A stretch of 64,000 bases of DNA from Bacilli bacterium (GCA_022652945.1 JALCRV010000011.1:6297-70296); one strand, 5' to 3'; positions 48,101 through 57,173 are shown, numbered from the stretch's first letter. Numbers and translations: made by a program. The notes: generated from the letters alone by a model not told the origin.

Positions 48101-49122
48101 AGAAGAAAGAAGAACTGATGAGAAAGGTCGACCTCTCCGGAAAATTGCTTCTCGATCTGATAAACGATACTTTAGAGCTTTCGAGAATCGAAAGCGGGAA
48201 GAGCGCCAACGAGCCGGAAATCTGTACGCCAAATGAACTTCTTCCTGCTGTGATTACCGCCTTAAGGCCTTCGGCGGAATTAAAGCAAATTAACCTTGAA
48301 GTCGATATGACAAACTATCCGACTGCTCCTTTATGGTGCGATCGGCTGAAGATTCAGAAAATCTTCCTTAATCTGCTCTCAAACGCCATTAAATATACCC
48401 AGCAAGGCGGGAAAGTAAGCGTCTGTTTTAAAAAATCTTCCGCTGAGAAAAAACATCTGATCTTCCTTATTAAGGATAACGGGATCGGAATGAGCGAAGA
48501 ATTTATGAAGATCATGTACGAGCCCTTCTCCCAGGAGAACCGTTCGGAAGTCTTGAAAGTCTCCGGGACGGGGTTAGGGCTTTCCTTAGTTAAACGTCTA
48601 GTCGATCTTTTAGGCGGAAGGATCAGCTGCCAAAGTGAACTCCATAAGGGAACCTCCTTTGAAGTTGACTTGCCATATGAGGAAATAAAAGGGAAAAAGA
48701 TCACCTCCAAAGAAGCGGAAGAGAAGGATTATGATTTAACTAACAAAAGAGTTCTCCTCTGTGAAGATAATCAGATGAATCAAGAGATCGCCACGATGCT
48801 TTTAAACGAAAAAGGCGCAATCGTCGATTGGGCGGTAGATGGTCAGGAAGGTGTGAAGAAGTTCACTTCTAGCCCGGATGGTTTTTATAGTTTGATTTTG
48901 ATGGATATGCGGATGCCGCATCTTGATGGTCTGCAAGCGACTAAGGCAATAAGGGCCCTTGAACGATTCGATGCTAAACTCATCCCGATAATTGCCATGA
49001 CCGCCGATGCTTTTGAAGAAAGCGTCAAAGCCGCTAAGGAAGCCGGCATGAACGGGTATCTTACTAAGCCGATTATCCCGGAGAAAATGTTCGCTTTGAT
49101 CGGAAAACTTTGCTCTAAGTAA
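45106..49122 (+). CDS. Soluble multi-PAS hybrid histidine kinase with receiver domain
   Basis: PAS motifs (IFWKD..RRFLGAN, IHPDER), FLSSMSHDLRTPL, NLLSNAIKY, DNGIG, GTGLGL, receiver LMDMRMP..DG...KP. Confidence 0.93.
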   Translation: MELHTYPLTEEERQTIKANPLAFAAFRVNMDKLELVEGSEAFLKIFPLPYEILKKDFYAAVKDLTLKEDRDQVFADFQLAEYNHEGILKSSFRLKGAEGDYTLFSINGQLFRLKDETVLIYCFISQEDEKTKDQKNLQADNERKDILFERILSTTKTAIFWKDSERRFLGANRAFLDYYGFKDEKSIIGKNDEDMGWHSDPDPFMNDEIRVLKEGVSTYRVEGKCFARGKERNIVASKSPIIVQGKILGLVGSFEDVTLEKGQEKQISDLNEKLKQAVIQHERLMEVFNVIIVKISLKDFSFVENGEAMLNMLGLSQKEFLEKYDGKFSALFQGEYQEEFTHLQTSISSALADKRASLNFNMKVPAVYGPIWISGALSFSDYLLLENKPASFIMVCRDVSQLVLVQKKLAVAEIEAHKAQVLERQSHEQSMFIDEVPSGLGALLIKNGQAEERIRINKFLAKRIALDEKAGNIVPLEDFVECIHPDERESFMDNLHQTINLKGAISSQYRLLSKAGTYFYNAVRFSYSSHASEQEVVYFAFSDITEIKEAESKVLESQHFYREVVRAAKLSTWVYDIKTHSVEVDEEASPLLESLNTGGGLCVSNLPDSLLPYIEPKDRERLIEIYKKIERGEDATGEFWLKSDQFQGSRCERINYIVEKDEDGKPIRAIGLGQDVTREKNNEERYKREIRILKEIDEGSLLSKGHFNLTKNLVLEYVSKDNDVFKARPFGSYNEAIKAFTDLLENENEKKKVLEKIDPLNLMLAYQNGEMTSNIVYHCRIDGQLPSFISLNLHTYLIPETGDLELFTYAYDITDKVENDRIMSLISERDFDYIGLIFSKENKFEFIKKTQAILFPEVRQLTDYSTCCSYVKKNFVNDDEIEQFEKATSLSEILEGLKENGHHVANYHRTESGKVLAKQLDYFWLEKEYGIILVVRADITASFKRDQEQMKTIQKAKLEADKANEAKSAFLSSMSHDLRTPLNGVLGFTKLALKEKDPEKKEELMRKVDLSGKLLLDLINDTLELSRIESGKSANEPEICTPNELLPAVITALRPSAELKQINLEVDMTNYPTAPLWCDRLKIQKIFLNLLSNAIKYTQQGGKVSVCFKKSSAEKKHLIFLIKDNGIGMSEEFMKIMYEPFSQENRSEVLKVSGTGLGLSLVKRLVDLLGGRISCQSELHKGTSFEVDLPYEEIKGKKITSKEAEEKDYDLTNKRVLLCEDNQMNQEIATMLLNEKGAIVDWAVDGQEGVKKFTSSPDGFYSLILMDMRMPHLDGLQATKAIRALERFDAKLIPIIAMTADAFEESVKAAKEAGMNGYLTKPIIPEKMFALIGKLCSK

Positions 49123-49265
49123 ACCGAGTTTTTCTTCCGCCGAATTGGCTTTTTTTTTGCTTAAAAAGATCTTATTTTCCTCTCCGAATTACTTTTTTCA
49201 AAAATTGGGGAAAAGAAGTCTTAAAAAGGGGTGTATCTCTCTTTTTGTTTATGCTATTATCAATG

Positions 49266-49279
49266 TGTAAGCGGTTTCA
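49266..49279 (+). promoter_or_regulatory. cre-like site upstream of the EF-G paralog
   Basis: TGTAAGCGGTTTCA between an extended -10 (TGCTATTAT) and the RBS AAAGGAGG. Confidence 0.7.
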
Positions 49280-49297
49280 CGAAAGGAGGAAATCATT

Positions 49298-51352
49298 GTG
49301 TTATACGGTCCTGATAAGATACGCAACATCGCCGTTGTCGGCCATCAGGGAAGCGGCAAGACGAGCCTAGTCGAGTCGATGGCCTTTAAATCCGGCCTGA
49401 TTCCGGAAAAAGGCACGATTTTAGCGAAGAACACTATCTCCGATTTCATGAAAGAAGAAAAACAGAGACAAGTATCCTTAGCCTCAGCGGTCGTACCTAT
49501 TGAACATAATGGGTGCAAATTGAATCTTATCGATCTCCCCGGGAATGACGATTTCATTTTCGAGACGATCGGCATCACGAGGATCGTTAAAGGCGCCATC
49601 CTGGTGATCGATGCCTACAAAGGCGTAGAAGCGGGGACCATTAAGCATTTCAAGATGCTTAAGAAGAGAGGGGTCCCTATTTTAATTTTCATCAATAAGA
49701 TGGATAAAGAGAATATCGACTTTACCGCTCTCTTATCCGAAATCTATCGCAAGCTTGATTCCAAGCACTGCGTTCCGTTCTCCTATCCGATGGGCCATAA
49801 AGACGGTTTTGATGGCTTCGTCAATGTCGTTGAGCTGAAAGCCCGTAAATACGATGGCAAGACCTGCCATGATGATGTAATCTACGAAGATAAGAAACAA
49901 CTCGTTTTCGCTCTGCATAATAGACTATGTGAAGCGGTCGCTACCACCAACGACGAAATGCTGGAAAGATTCTTCTCCGGCCAGCCTCTGACTAACGAAG
50001 AAATCCGCACCGGTTTACGCCATGCGGTCCTCGACGGGGAACTGTATCCGATCTTAGTCGGAGCCGCCGAGAAAGATATCGGCATCGAGACTTTGATGGA
50101 TAAACTGGTCGAATACTTGCCTTCGCCTTTGGATCTGAAGCCGATTCCGGCTGTCGATCAAGACGGCAAGGAATACGATGTCAAGACCAGCATCGATGAG
50201 CCGACGTCCTTAATTGTCTTTAAGAACAACTATAACGCCTACCAGGGCTTGATTTCCTATTTCAAAGTCCAGTCTGGCGTTGTTAAGCTCGGCGATGAAA
50301 TGATCTGCCCGAATAACGGACAGACCTACAAGATCATGACGTTATTTGAAGTCTGCGGTGAAAAGATGACTCCGGTCAAGGAAATCGGAGCGGGCGATAT
50401 CGGCGCCACCACACGTTTAGCCGATATGAAGCTCTCCTTCACCCTTTGCGATCCGAATCATAAAGTCACCTTTAAGGAAATCAAATATCCGACTCCGACT
50501 TACTTTAATGCGATCGTCCCGGAGACGAAAAAAGATTCCGATAAGCTCTTCCAGGCGGTTGATAAGCTGATGGTCGGCGATCCGACAATCGGCCTAAAGA
50601 AGGAAGAAACCACCGGACAGATTCTGATTGGCGGTGTTTCCCAGACCCATCTTTCTTATATCTTGAAGAGACTTACTGATGATTACGGCCTCGCCTTCCA
50701 TACTGAACCGGTGAAGATTTCTTATCGAGAGACCATCACCCAGGCGGCGGAAGCGGAGGGAAGATATGTTAAGCAGACGGGCGGTGCGGGTTTCTACGGC
50801 ATCGTCAATATGAAATTCGAGCCGGCAAATGAGACCTCCTTCCAGTCCACGGTCTTCGGCGGACATATCGATAAAGGATACTTCCCGGCGGTTGAAAAAG
50901 GCTTCAGGGAAGCTTTGCTGGCGGGCGGGTTGATTAAGGCCCCGGTCATCAATGTCAAAGCGACCTTGTTAGATGGTAAACAGCACGCGGTCGATTCAAA
51001 CGAAATGGCCTTTAAGAACGCAGGAATGCTGGCTTTCCGCAACGCTTATAACGATTGCAAGCCGATCCTGTTGGAGCCTTTCGATAAACTGACCGTGAAC
51101 GTTCCGATCGATTATCTGGGCGCGGTCTTGACGGATCTGACTAAGCGCAGAGCGAGAATCCTTTCCACCGAGGATTCCGGTGACAATAACATGGATGTTA
51201 TCGCCATTGTCCCGGAGAGCGAGATCTTGGAGTACACTAACGAGTTGAAGTCTATTTCTAAAGGAACCGCCTTCTTTAACCTAACCTTCGAGGATTACGA
51301 AAGAGTCCCTGATCAGCTGGCTAAGGATATCATCCTGAAAGCCAACAGCTAA
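49298..51352 (+). CDS. fusA2: Elongation factor G paralog (EF-G2-like)
   Basis: IRNIAVVGHQGSGKT, DLPG, INKMD, YRETI, KQTGG.G.YG, HAVDS.EMAF, LLEP; standalone, not in an str operon. Confidence 0.88.
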   Translation: MLYGPDKIRNIAVVGHQGSGKTSLVESMAFKSGLIPEKGTILAKNTISDFMKEEKQRQVSLASAVVPIEHNGCKLNLIDLPGNDDFIFETIGITRIVKGAILVIDAYKGVEAGTIKHFKMLKKRGVPILIFINKMDKENIDFTALLSEIYRKLDSKHCVPFSYPMGHKDGFDGFVNVVELKARKYDGKTCHDDVIYEDKKQLVFALHNRLCEAVATTNDEMLERFFSGQPLTNEEIRTGLRHAVLDGELYPILVGAAEKDIGIETLMDKLVEYLPSPLDLKPIPAVDQDGKEYDVKTSIDEPTSLIVFKNNYNAYQGLISYFKVQSGVVKLGDEMICPNNGQTYKIMTLFEVCGEKMTPVKEIGAGDIGATTRLADMKLSFTLCDPNHKVTFKEIKYPTPTYFNAIVPETKKDSDKLFQAVDKLMVGDPTIGLKKEETTGQILIGGVSQTHLSYILKRLTDDYGLAFHTEPVKISYRETITQAAEAEGRYVKQTGGAGFYGIVNMKFEPANETSFQSTVFGGHIDKGYFPAVEKGFREALLAGGLIKAPVINVKATLLDGKQHAVDSNEMAFKNAGMLAFRNAYNDCKPILLEPFDKLTVNVPIDYLGAVLTDLTKRRARILSTEDSGDNNMDVIAIVPESEILEYTNELKSISKGTAFFNLTFEDYERVPDQLAKDIILKANS

Positions 51353-51377
51353 TAAGACGGCTTTGATCAGCTAACTT

Positions 51378-51417
51378 GAAAAGCCTGCGGAGAAGTTTTT
51401 CCGCAGGTTTTTCTTTT
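51378..51417 (+). terminator. Rho-independent terminator
   Basis: CCTGCGGAGA-AG-TTTTTCCGCAGG followed by T-tract. Confidence 0.8.
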
Positions 51418-51475
51418 GAGGCAAAATTTTTGAAGTACAATATTATTAATCTACATATTAATCTTGGGAGGTTTT

Positions 51476-51970
51476 ATGGGACTTTGCATTAAGGAAAAAG
51501 TCTTTTCTTGGAGCGAGGCGTACGACGTCTACGACGAAAATGGCAACGTCAAATATACCGTAAAAGGAGAAGTCTTCTCCTTGGGGCATAAAATCCATAT
51601 TTATGATTTAGAAGGCAAAGAAGTCGCTTCGGTCATTGAGAAAGTCTGGAGCTTTCTCAAGAATTTCCGCATCTTTATCAACGGGGAAGAGAAAGGCGCC
51701 ATCAAGGAAAAGTTCTCGTTTTTCCATCCTAAATACAATGTTGATTTCCTCGATCTGGAAGTGGAAGGGGATATCTTCGATTGGAATTATCAGATGACTA
51801 AAGGCGGGACTATCGTGGCGACGATGCAAAGAAAGGTCTTCAGCTGGGCGAGCACGTTTTATCTCGATTGTGCCTTAAAAACGGATGAAGTCAGTTACTT
51901 AGCTTTAGCGATTGCTATCGATGCCGCGCATAATGATGACGAGATGGCTCTGATTGCATCCGGAATGTAA
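51476..51970 (+). CDS. LURP-one-related / scramblase-like (Tubby C-terminal fold) protein
   Basis: IKEKVFSW...YDVYDENG...Y.VKG, VEGDIFDWNY, LAIAID. Confidence 0.85.
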   Translation: MGLCIKEKVFSWSEAYDVYDENGNVKYTVKGEVFSLGHKIHIYDLEGKEVASVIEKVWSFLKNFRIFINGEEKGAIKEKFSFFHPKYNVDFLDLEVEGDIFDWNYQMTKGGTIVATMQRKVFSWASTFYLDCALKTDEVSYLALAIAIDAAHNDDEMALIASGM

Positions 51971-52116
51971 TTAGTTTCTTCATTTGCTTTTTCTCTGAAT
52001 TTACCAAAACGGGGATTGCTTTAATTTTAAAAATCCCCGTTTCCTTTTTGCTTTTTAATGTATATCAAGAACCGATACAGGACAATGTTATCATATTTTT
52101 TAGAGAGGTAATCAAT

Positions 52117-52194
52117 ATGAGCAGCGGAATCGGTTTCTGGGGCGTAGTCGGTGCGGTGATTGTGGCCGCGATTATCTTAGCGGTCCTCGGCTAG
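52117..52194 (+). CDS. 25-aa single-TM small protein
   Basis: RBS GAGG; MSSGIGFWGVVGAVIVAAIILAVLG; flanked by hairpin/T-tract elements. Confidence 0.7.
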   Translation: MSSGIGFWGVVGAVIVAAIILAVLG

Positions 52195-52287
52195 TCTTAT
52201 TCTTGCGGCTTTTTTACTGAAAAAAGTCTTTTTATAAAGGCTTTTTTATTTTACTGAAAATGCATAGATGCTTACTAGGAGGGACAG

Positions 52288-52746
52288 ATGGAAGTCATCC
52301 ATATCGATTATCCATATAAAAGAAAAAAGAATCTCTGGATCAATCTAGTTTTAATTATTGTAGTCCTCTCCTTATATTCCTTAAATAGTTTTTTTATAAA
52401 GCCGAGCCTGCCGGAAGAGAAGAACTTTTTCGAATATGTGATGGAGAACCATTTTAATGATTTTCTGTGTCCGATTTTAATTTGTGCTCTGCTGAATGTG
52501 ACCGCCCTCGGAGTAAAAAAACAACTCGTAGTCTTCTGGCTAATCTATCTTCTTCTTTTTATCTTTTCCTCATTTATGTGGGAATACGTTAGACCTTATA
52601 TTCTTCAAGTCTTCAATCCTTTACATAAAACTCCTCATTTTCTCTGGGGAGATATCCTCGCTTATTTTCTCGGATATCTAAGTTATTATGTCTTTTATAT
52701 CTGCCTGTACGATAAAAGAAAGAACCTGAAAGAGACAGGGAAGTGA
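52288..52746 (+). CDS. Membrane protein (distant VanZ-like)
   Basis: Four TMs, HFNDFL, WEY.RP, GDILAY..G. Confidence 0.75.
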   Translation: MEVIHIDYPYKRKKNLWINLVLIIVVLSLYSLNSFFIKPSLPEEKNFFEYVMENHFNDFLCPILICALLNVTALGVKKQLVVFWLIYLLLFIFSSFMWEYVRPYILQVFNPLHKTPHFLWGDILAYFLGYLSYYVFYICLYDKRKNLKETGK

Positions 52747-52764
52747 AATATTAGAAAATTAGGC

Positions 52765-55275
52765 TTATTCTAGGGATTTTTTAGTAATCTTCAGCATTCT
52801 GATCTCATGGGGCTGCAAAGTCACTTCATATTTAAGAACTCCGTCTTTACCGACCTCCGCTTCATGGAGGCGGTAAGAAGGATGGCATTCGACTTTTAAC
52901 ATCCTTTCGCTTTCTTGATCAGGCAGCTCCAATCCGTTAGTCATCTTCATCCATTGATCGAAAACTGAGCCGTGAGTCCGGTTAACGTATTCCTCTTCCA
53001 GACGGTAAGTCCCTTGAGGCATATTGGTAAAGCGGATAAAGACATCCTTAGAGGTCTGAGCTTGGAAGGCATCGTAACGCTTCTCATTAGGCAAAGTGGA
53101 AAGCTGTCCTTCAGCGAAGAGATCGTTCACATGGATATAATTCGACATCACGGCGACCAGATTATCTTCTTCCCCTTCCGTCACTATCAACTCATCTCCT
53201 TTAAAGACGAGCTCATCTTTCAGCTGAGCGAGGAAATACATTCCATAATAAGGCGGCTTCTTGATGCCGTTACGGGTAAATAAACCGTGTCCTCCATGGA
53301 ACAAAGCGGCGTACTCGGGAACTTCAAAGATCGTATCGGACATCGACCAGTAAGCGTAGCCATCTAACTCATCGTAACAGTCGATGAGGTTTTTAACGAT
53401 ATAGGCACCTTTATAGGCGGTATCATTAATCAAAGAGCGATGGGAGGTTGTCGAATTCCATTCGGTGATATAGATCGGCAGATGGATCCCGGTCAGGGAA
53501 GTGAAATACTCCTGCTTTTCTTTGATTCTCCCAACCTCTTTTTTCATCGCATCGGGATCGATATCCATCTTGATCCCGTCGCCTTCGATCGCATCTTTAA
53601 AAATCATCCCGAGCTGGGACATCGGATAATAATTTACATGGAGAAAATCCGGGACTCGGGGAGCCATCTCTTTAAGAAGGTCCTCAACAAAGGTGCCTTT
53701 AGTTAAAGTCCAAGAGACTAAGGAAGGTGAACCGAAGCGGATATCGGAATCGATAGATTTCACCGCATCGAAAGTAGCGATATAGAACTTATTAAAGGAA
53801 TGGAAATCGATAAAGCCGAACATCTTCGTATTCGTCTCCGGCTCATTCCATAAGGAGAAAAGCCAGGACTCTACTTCCTTCTTTCCGTAGCGGGTGAGGA
53901 CGTGAAGGGTGAATTTTTTAACTAACTCCACCCATTTATTCAAATCCTGCGGTTCCGAGGTGATTAAAGGAACATGGAAAACGGTCTTGTCCTTATATTT
54001 AGCGAGAGCTTCAGGCATAAAAGACAGCTGGACGAGAGGCTTTAAACCGATAGAGAGCAGAAAATCAAAAATCTTATCCAAAGAAGCAAAGTTAAAAATC
54101 TCTTTATGCTTATTATTAAAGGAATAGACGGATAAGGCATCATCGAAAAGACCGTGGAACTTAATATAATGGAATCCGATTTCCTTTTGCATTTCCTTCA
54201 GCATCGATTGGATATCTTCCCTTAAAAGGTCAGAAGCCCTCCCGACGGCGCAGAAGTTTTTAAAAGTGTGTTTTAACAGGCCGAGCCGCGCCTGAAAATC
54301 AACTTCGAAGGTCTTTGATACGGTGCCGGCGTGAGATAAAGAAGAAGTCGAGATAGGTGCGTTTTCCAGCATCTCGAAAAGCTTAGCTAAGTAAGAAGAC
54401 TTCTCGAAGTCCTGGTAAAAGGAAGAATTGTCGTTTTTCTCGTCATTGACCGGAGATGTAGACTTCTTTCTTGTCTTTGAAGGCAGTTCCTTATAAACCT
54501 TCTTATGCATGCTGACAAAAGAGCGGGTGTTATTAAACCCGGATTGCTCGGCGATCTCATCGATTGAAAGGGAAGAGTTATATAAGAGAGTCTCCGCATG
54601 GTAAAATCGCTGCTCCGAAAGATAATCCTTAAAAGTCATCCCGATGCTCTTATCAAAAAGGCGGGAAAGATAGGCCGGGGAGAAAGAAAACTTCTCCGCT
54701 AAGGAATTAAGAGAGATATCTTCTTTATAGTTCTCCTTAAGATAGGAAATTATTTCTTCAAACTTCGTCACTTGCTTTTCCGTAGGCAAACTTTGGATAG
54801 AGGAACGGAAATTAGTGATCAGTTCGAAATAAAGGCCCAAAGCCAAAGAGTGGATGCGGATTTCCGTATTGGCTGAATTCTCAGAATGGACCTTAACCAT
54901 CTCAGCCATGAGTTTTTTGATCCAAGAGTAATCCTTGCTATGGTCTTTAGAAGAATCGACTTGGAAGGAAGCGTTCGTCTCGATCGTCGGATCCAGTTCC
55001 TTAGTGAAATCAATCTGCAGAGCTAAGATCACCGCCGACTCTTTAGCGGAAATGGAATGCAAAGAATAAGGATTAATCAGGATCACATCATCCTCATTAA
55101 GCATCGAAGTCTTCCCATCGATGATGACCGAGCAGGAGTTCTCCAGGATATAGAGGATTTCATAGCAGGTCTGCCAATGGACGGGGAAGTATTTTGTCTT
55201 ATGTAAAAAAATCTTGAGATTCAAAGGACCTTTAAAGTCGATAATCTGGTAGGCATTCTCAGAAGGGTTATTCAT
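52765..55275 (-). CDS. AraC-family regulator fused to a GH39 glycosidase domain
   Basis: Cupin (HWQ..YEI), AraC HTH (YLSRLF, IAEQSGF), then GH39 (KFHGLF, WNEP, ITEWN, FHGGHGL). Confidence 0.9.
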   Translation of the reverse strand: MNNPSENAYQIIDFKGPLNLKIFLHKTKYFPVHWQTCYEILYILENSCSVIIDGKTSMLNEDDVILINPYSLHSISAKESAVILALQIDFTKELDPTIETNASFQVDSSKDHSKDYSWIKKLMAEMVKVHSENSANTEIRIHSLALGLYFELITNFRSSIQSLPTEKQVTKFEEIISYLKENYKEDISLNSLAEKFSFSPAYLSRLFDKSIGMTFKDYLSEQRFYHAETLLYNSSLSIDEIAEQSGFNNTRSFVSMHKKVYKELPSKTRKKSTSPVNDEKNDNSSFYQDFEKSSYLAKLFEMLENAPISTSSLSHAGTVSKTFEVDFQARLGLLKHTFKNFCAVGRASDLLREDIQSMLKEMQKEIGFHYIKFHGLFDDALSVYSFNNKHKEIFNFASLDKIFDFLLSIGLKPLVQLSFMPEALAKYKDKTVFHVPLITSEPQDLNKWVELVKKFTLHVLTRYGKKEVESWLFSLWNEPETNTKMFGFIDFHSFNKFYIATFDAVKSIDSDIRFGSPSLVSWTLTKGTFVEDLLKEMAPRVPDFLHVNYYPMSQLGMIFKDAIEGDGIKMDIDPDAMKKEVGRIKEKQEYFTSLTGIHLPIYITEWNSTTSHRSLINDTAYKGAYIVKNLIDCYDELDGYAYWSMSDTIFEVPEYAALFHGGHGLFTRNGIKKPPYYGMYFLAQLKDELVFKGDELIVTEGEEDNLVAVMSNYIHVNDLFAEGQLSTLPNEKRYDAFQAQTSKDVFIRFTNMPQGTYRLEEEYVNRTHGSVFDQWMKMTNGLELPDQESERMLKVECHPSYRLHEAEVGKDGVLKYEVTLQPHEIRMLKITKKSLE

Positions 55276-55631
55276 ATCTTTATTATAGGAAAGCCGAACT
55301 TAAAAGACAAATAAATGCACTTGATGAATACCCTTACAATCACTTATTAACGTTATAAAATGGCTAAAAATGTCCAAAAATTAGCCCGATGGACTTCTTT
55401 ATCTGAATTAATGATAAGCAGAAAACTCGCTTAAATAGGCCATTTATTTTAATTAATTTTAAAAAGTGCAAAAAATTGACCTAAAGAAAATATGGAAGCG
55501 CTTAAAAATGTCAAAAAGGGATAAGAAATTGCTCTCAAGTGGGTGACTTTCAGCCTTTCTCGCTTTCCAAGACTCGCTTAAAGTGATAGTAGTCCTAGCA
55601 GGTATGAGACTGAATGAAAGGAAGAGACCAC

Positions 55632-57167
55632 ATGGGAAATGAAATAGTCAGGATTGAAAAAGTGTGCAAGCGCTTTGGGCCCACTATCGCTTTGAATAAT
55701 GTCGATATCCAAGTCAACGGCGGAGAAATCCGCGGTCTGATCGGGGAAAACGGCTCGGGTAAATCCACTGTCTCTTCTATTTATGCCGGCATGCAGAAAG
55801 CTGATTCGGGAAAGATGTTTTATAAAGGCCAAGCCTGGAATCCTTCTTCGATGGTGGAAGCTTTGAATCACGGTGTCGGGATGATCCTTCAGGAAACCGG
55901 CACGATTCCGGGCATCACCATCGCGGAAAATATTTTCTTAGGCGAATCTGATGAATTCCGGATGATCAAAGGCAAGAACGGGAAGAAATACGGCCCGATT
56001 TCCTCAACTTTGATGAATAAAGCCGCTCAGAAGATCCTCGATTCCATCGGAGCTAGCCATATCCGTGCTTCCGCTTTGACCGCCGGGTATGATCTCCAAG
56101 ACCGTAAATTAGTTGAAATCGCTCACGTCATCTGCAAAAAGCCGGAGGTTCTGATCGTCGATGAAACGACCACCGCCCTCTCGCAAAAAGGCCGTGAGAT
56201 TATCTATAAGATCGTTAATCATATGAAAGAAGAAGGGAAATGCGTCATTTTTATTTCCCATGACTTAGACGAAATCATGAACGTCTGCAATGTCTTAACC
56301 GTCTTAAGAGATGGCAAGATCATCCGCACCTTCAGCAAAGAGCAATTCAACGCTAACGACATCAGAGCTGCCATGATCGGCCGTGAGATGAAAGGCGATT
56401 ATTATCGTTCGGACTTCGATCCGACCTGCTCTAAAGAAGTTTCCTTAAAAGCTGACCATATCAGCCTAGGAGATAAGATTCACGATGTCTCCATTGAATT
56501 CCACCGCGGGGAAATCATCGGCATCGGCGGGTTATCCGAGTGTGGCATGCATGACTTAGGAAAGATTCTCTTCGGCAATATCATTCCGACCTCCGGTGAA
56601 GTTCTCGTCAGTGAGAAGAATGACCAGACCGAAGTTGTTAAAGATGAAAAATTAGCGATGAAAAAGAAAATCGGGTACGTCGCTAAAGACCGCGACCTTG
56701 AATCGCTGAATATGCAAATGTCGATCCGCGATAATGTCGCCGTCGCTGGATTGAATCTGATTGCGACTAAACAAGGCTTGATCACGAACCGCAGAGAAAA
56801 AGCCTACGTCAAGACAAATATCGACGCTCTCTCAACAAAATGCTACTCGATTGACCAAGGGGTCAGACAACTCTCCGGCGGCAATAAGCAGAAAGTTGTC
56901 TTTGCCAAGTGGCTGGGCTGCAAATCGGACATCATGATCCTCGATTGCCCGACCCGTGGCATCGATGTCGGGGTCAAGCAGACCATGTATCAGCTGATCT
57001 ACAAGATGAAGAAGGAAGGGAAAACCATCATCATCATCTCCGAGGAATTAGCTGAATTGATCGGGATGTCGGATCGCCTGATCATCATGAAAGACGGGAA
57101 GATCAGCAAAGAATTCCTTCGTTCACCTAACCTTTCCGATAAAGACGTCATCAATTACATGATTTAA
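55632..57167 (+). CDS. CUT2 sugar ABC ATPase (RbsA/MglA-like, two NBDs)
   Basis: GENGSGKST, ISHDLDE, LSGGNKQKV, PTRGIDVG. Confidence 0.94.
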   Translation: MGNEIVRIEKVCKRFGPTIALNNVDIQVNGGEIRGLIGENGSGKSTVSSIYAGMQKADSGKMFYKGQAWNPSSMVEALNHGVGMILQETGTIPGITIAENIFLGESDEFRMIKGKNGKKYGPISSTLMNKAAQKILDSIGASHIRASALTAGYDLQDRKLVEIAHVICKKPEVLIVDETTTALSQKGREIIYKIVNHMKEEGKCVIFISHDLDEIMNVCNVLTVLRDGKIIRTFSKEQFNANDIRAAMIGREMKGDYYRSDFDPTCSKEVSLKADHISLGDKIHDVSIEFHRGEIIGIGGLSECGMHDLGKILFGNIIPTSGEVLVSEKNDQTEVVKDEKLAMKKKIGYVAKDRDLESLNMQMSIRDNVAVAGLNLIATKQGLITNRREKAYVKTNIDALSTKCYSIDQGVRQLSGGNKQKVVFAKWLGCKSDIMILDCPTRGIDVGVKQTMYQLIYKMKKEGKTIIIISEELAELIGMSDRLIIMKDGKISKEFLRSPNLSDKDVINYMI

Positions 57168-57173
57168 GGAGGA

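Noticed and set aside
49298-51352. Tetracycline ribosomal protection protein (TetM/O) or housekeeping fusA
   Set aside because: EF-G length and domain IV motifs rather than Tet-type; lacks the AHIDAGKTT/RGITI/DTPGH signatures and the rpsL-rpsG-tuf context
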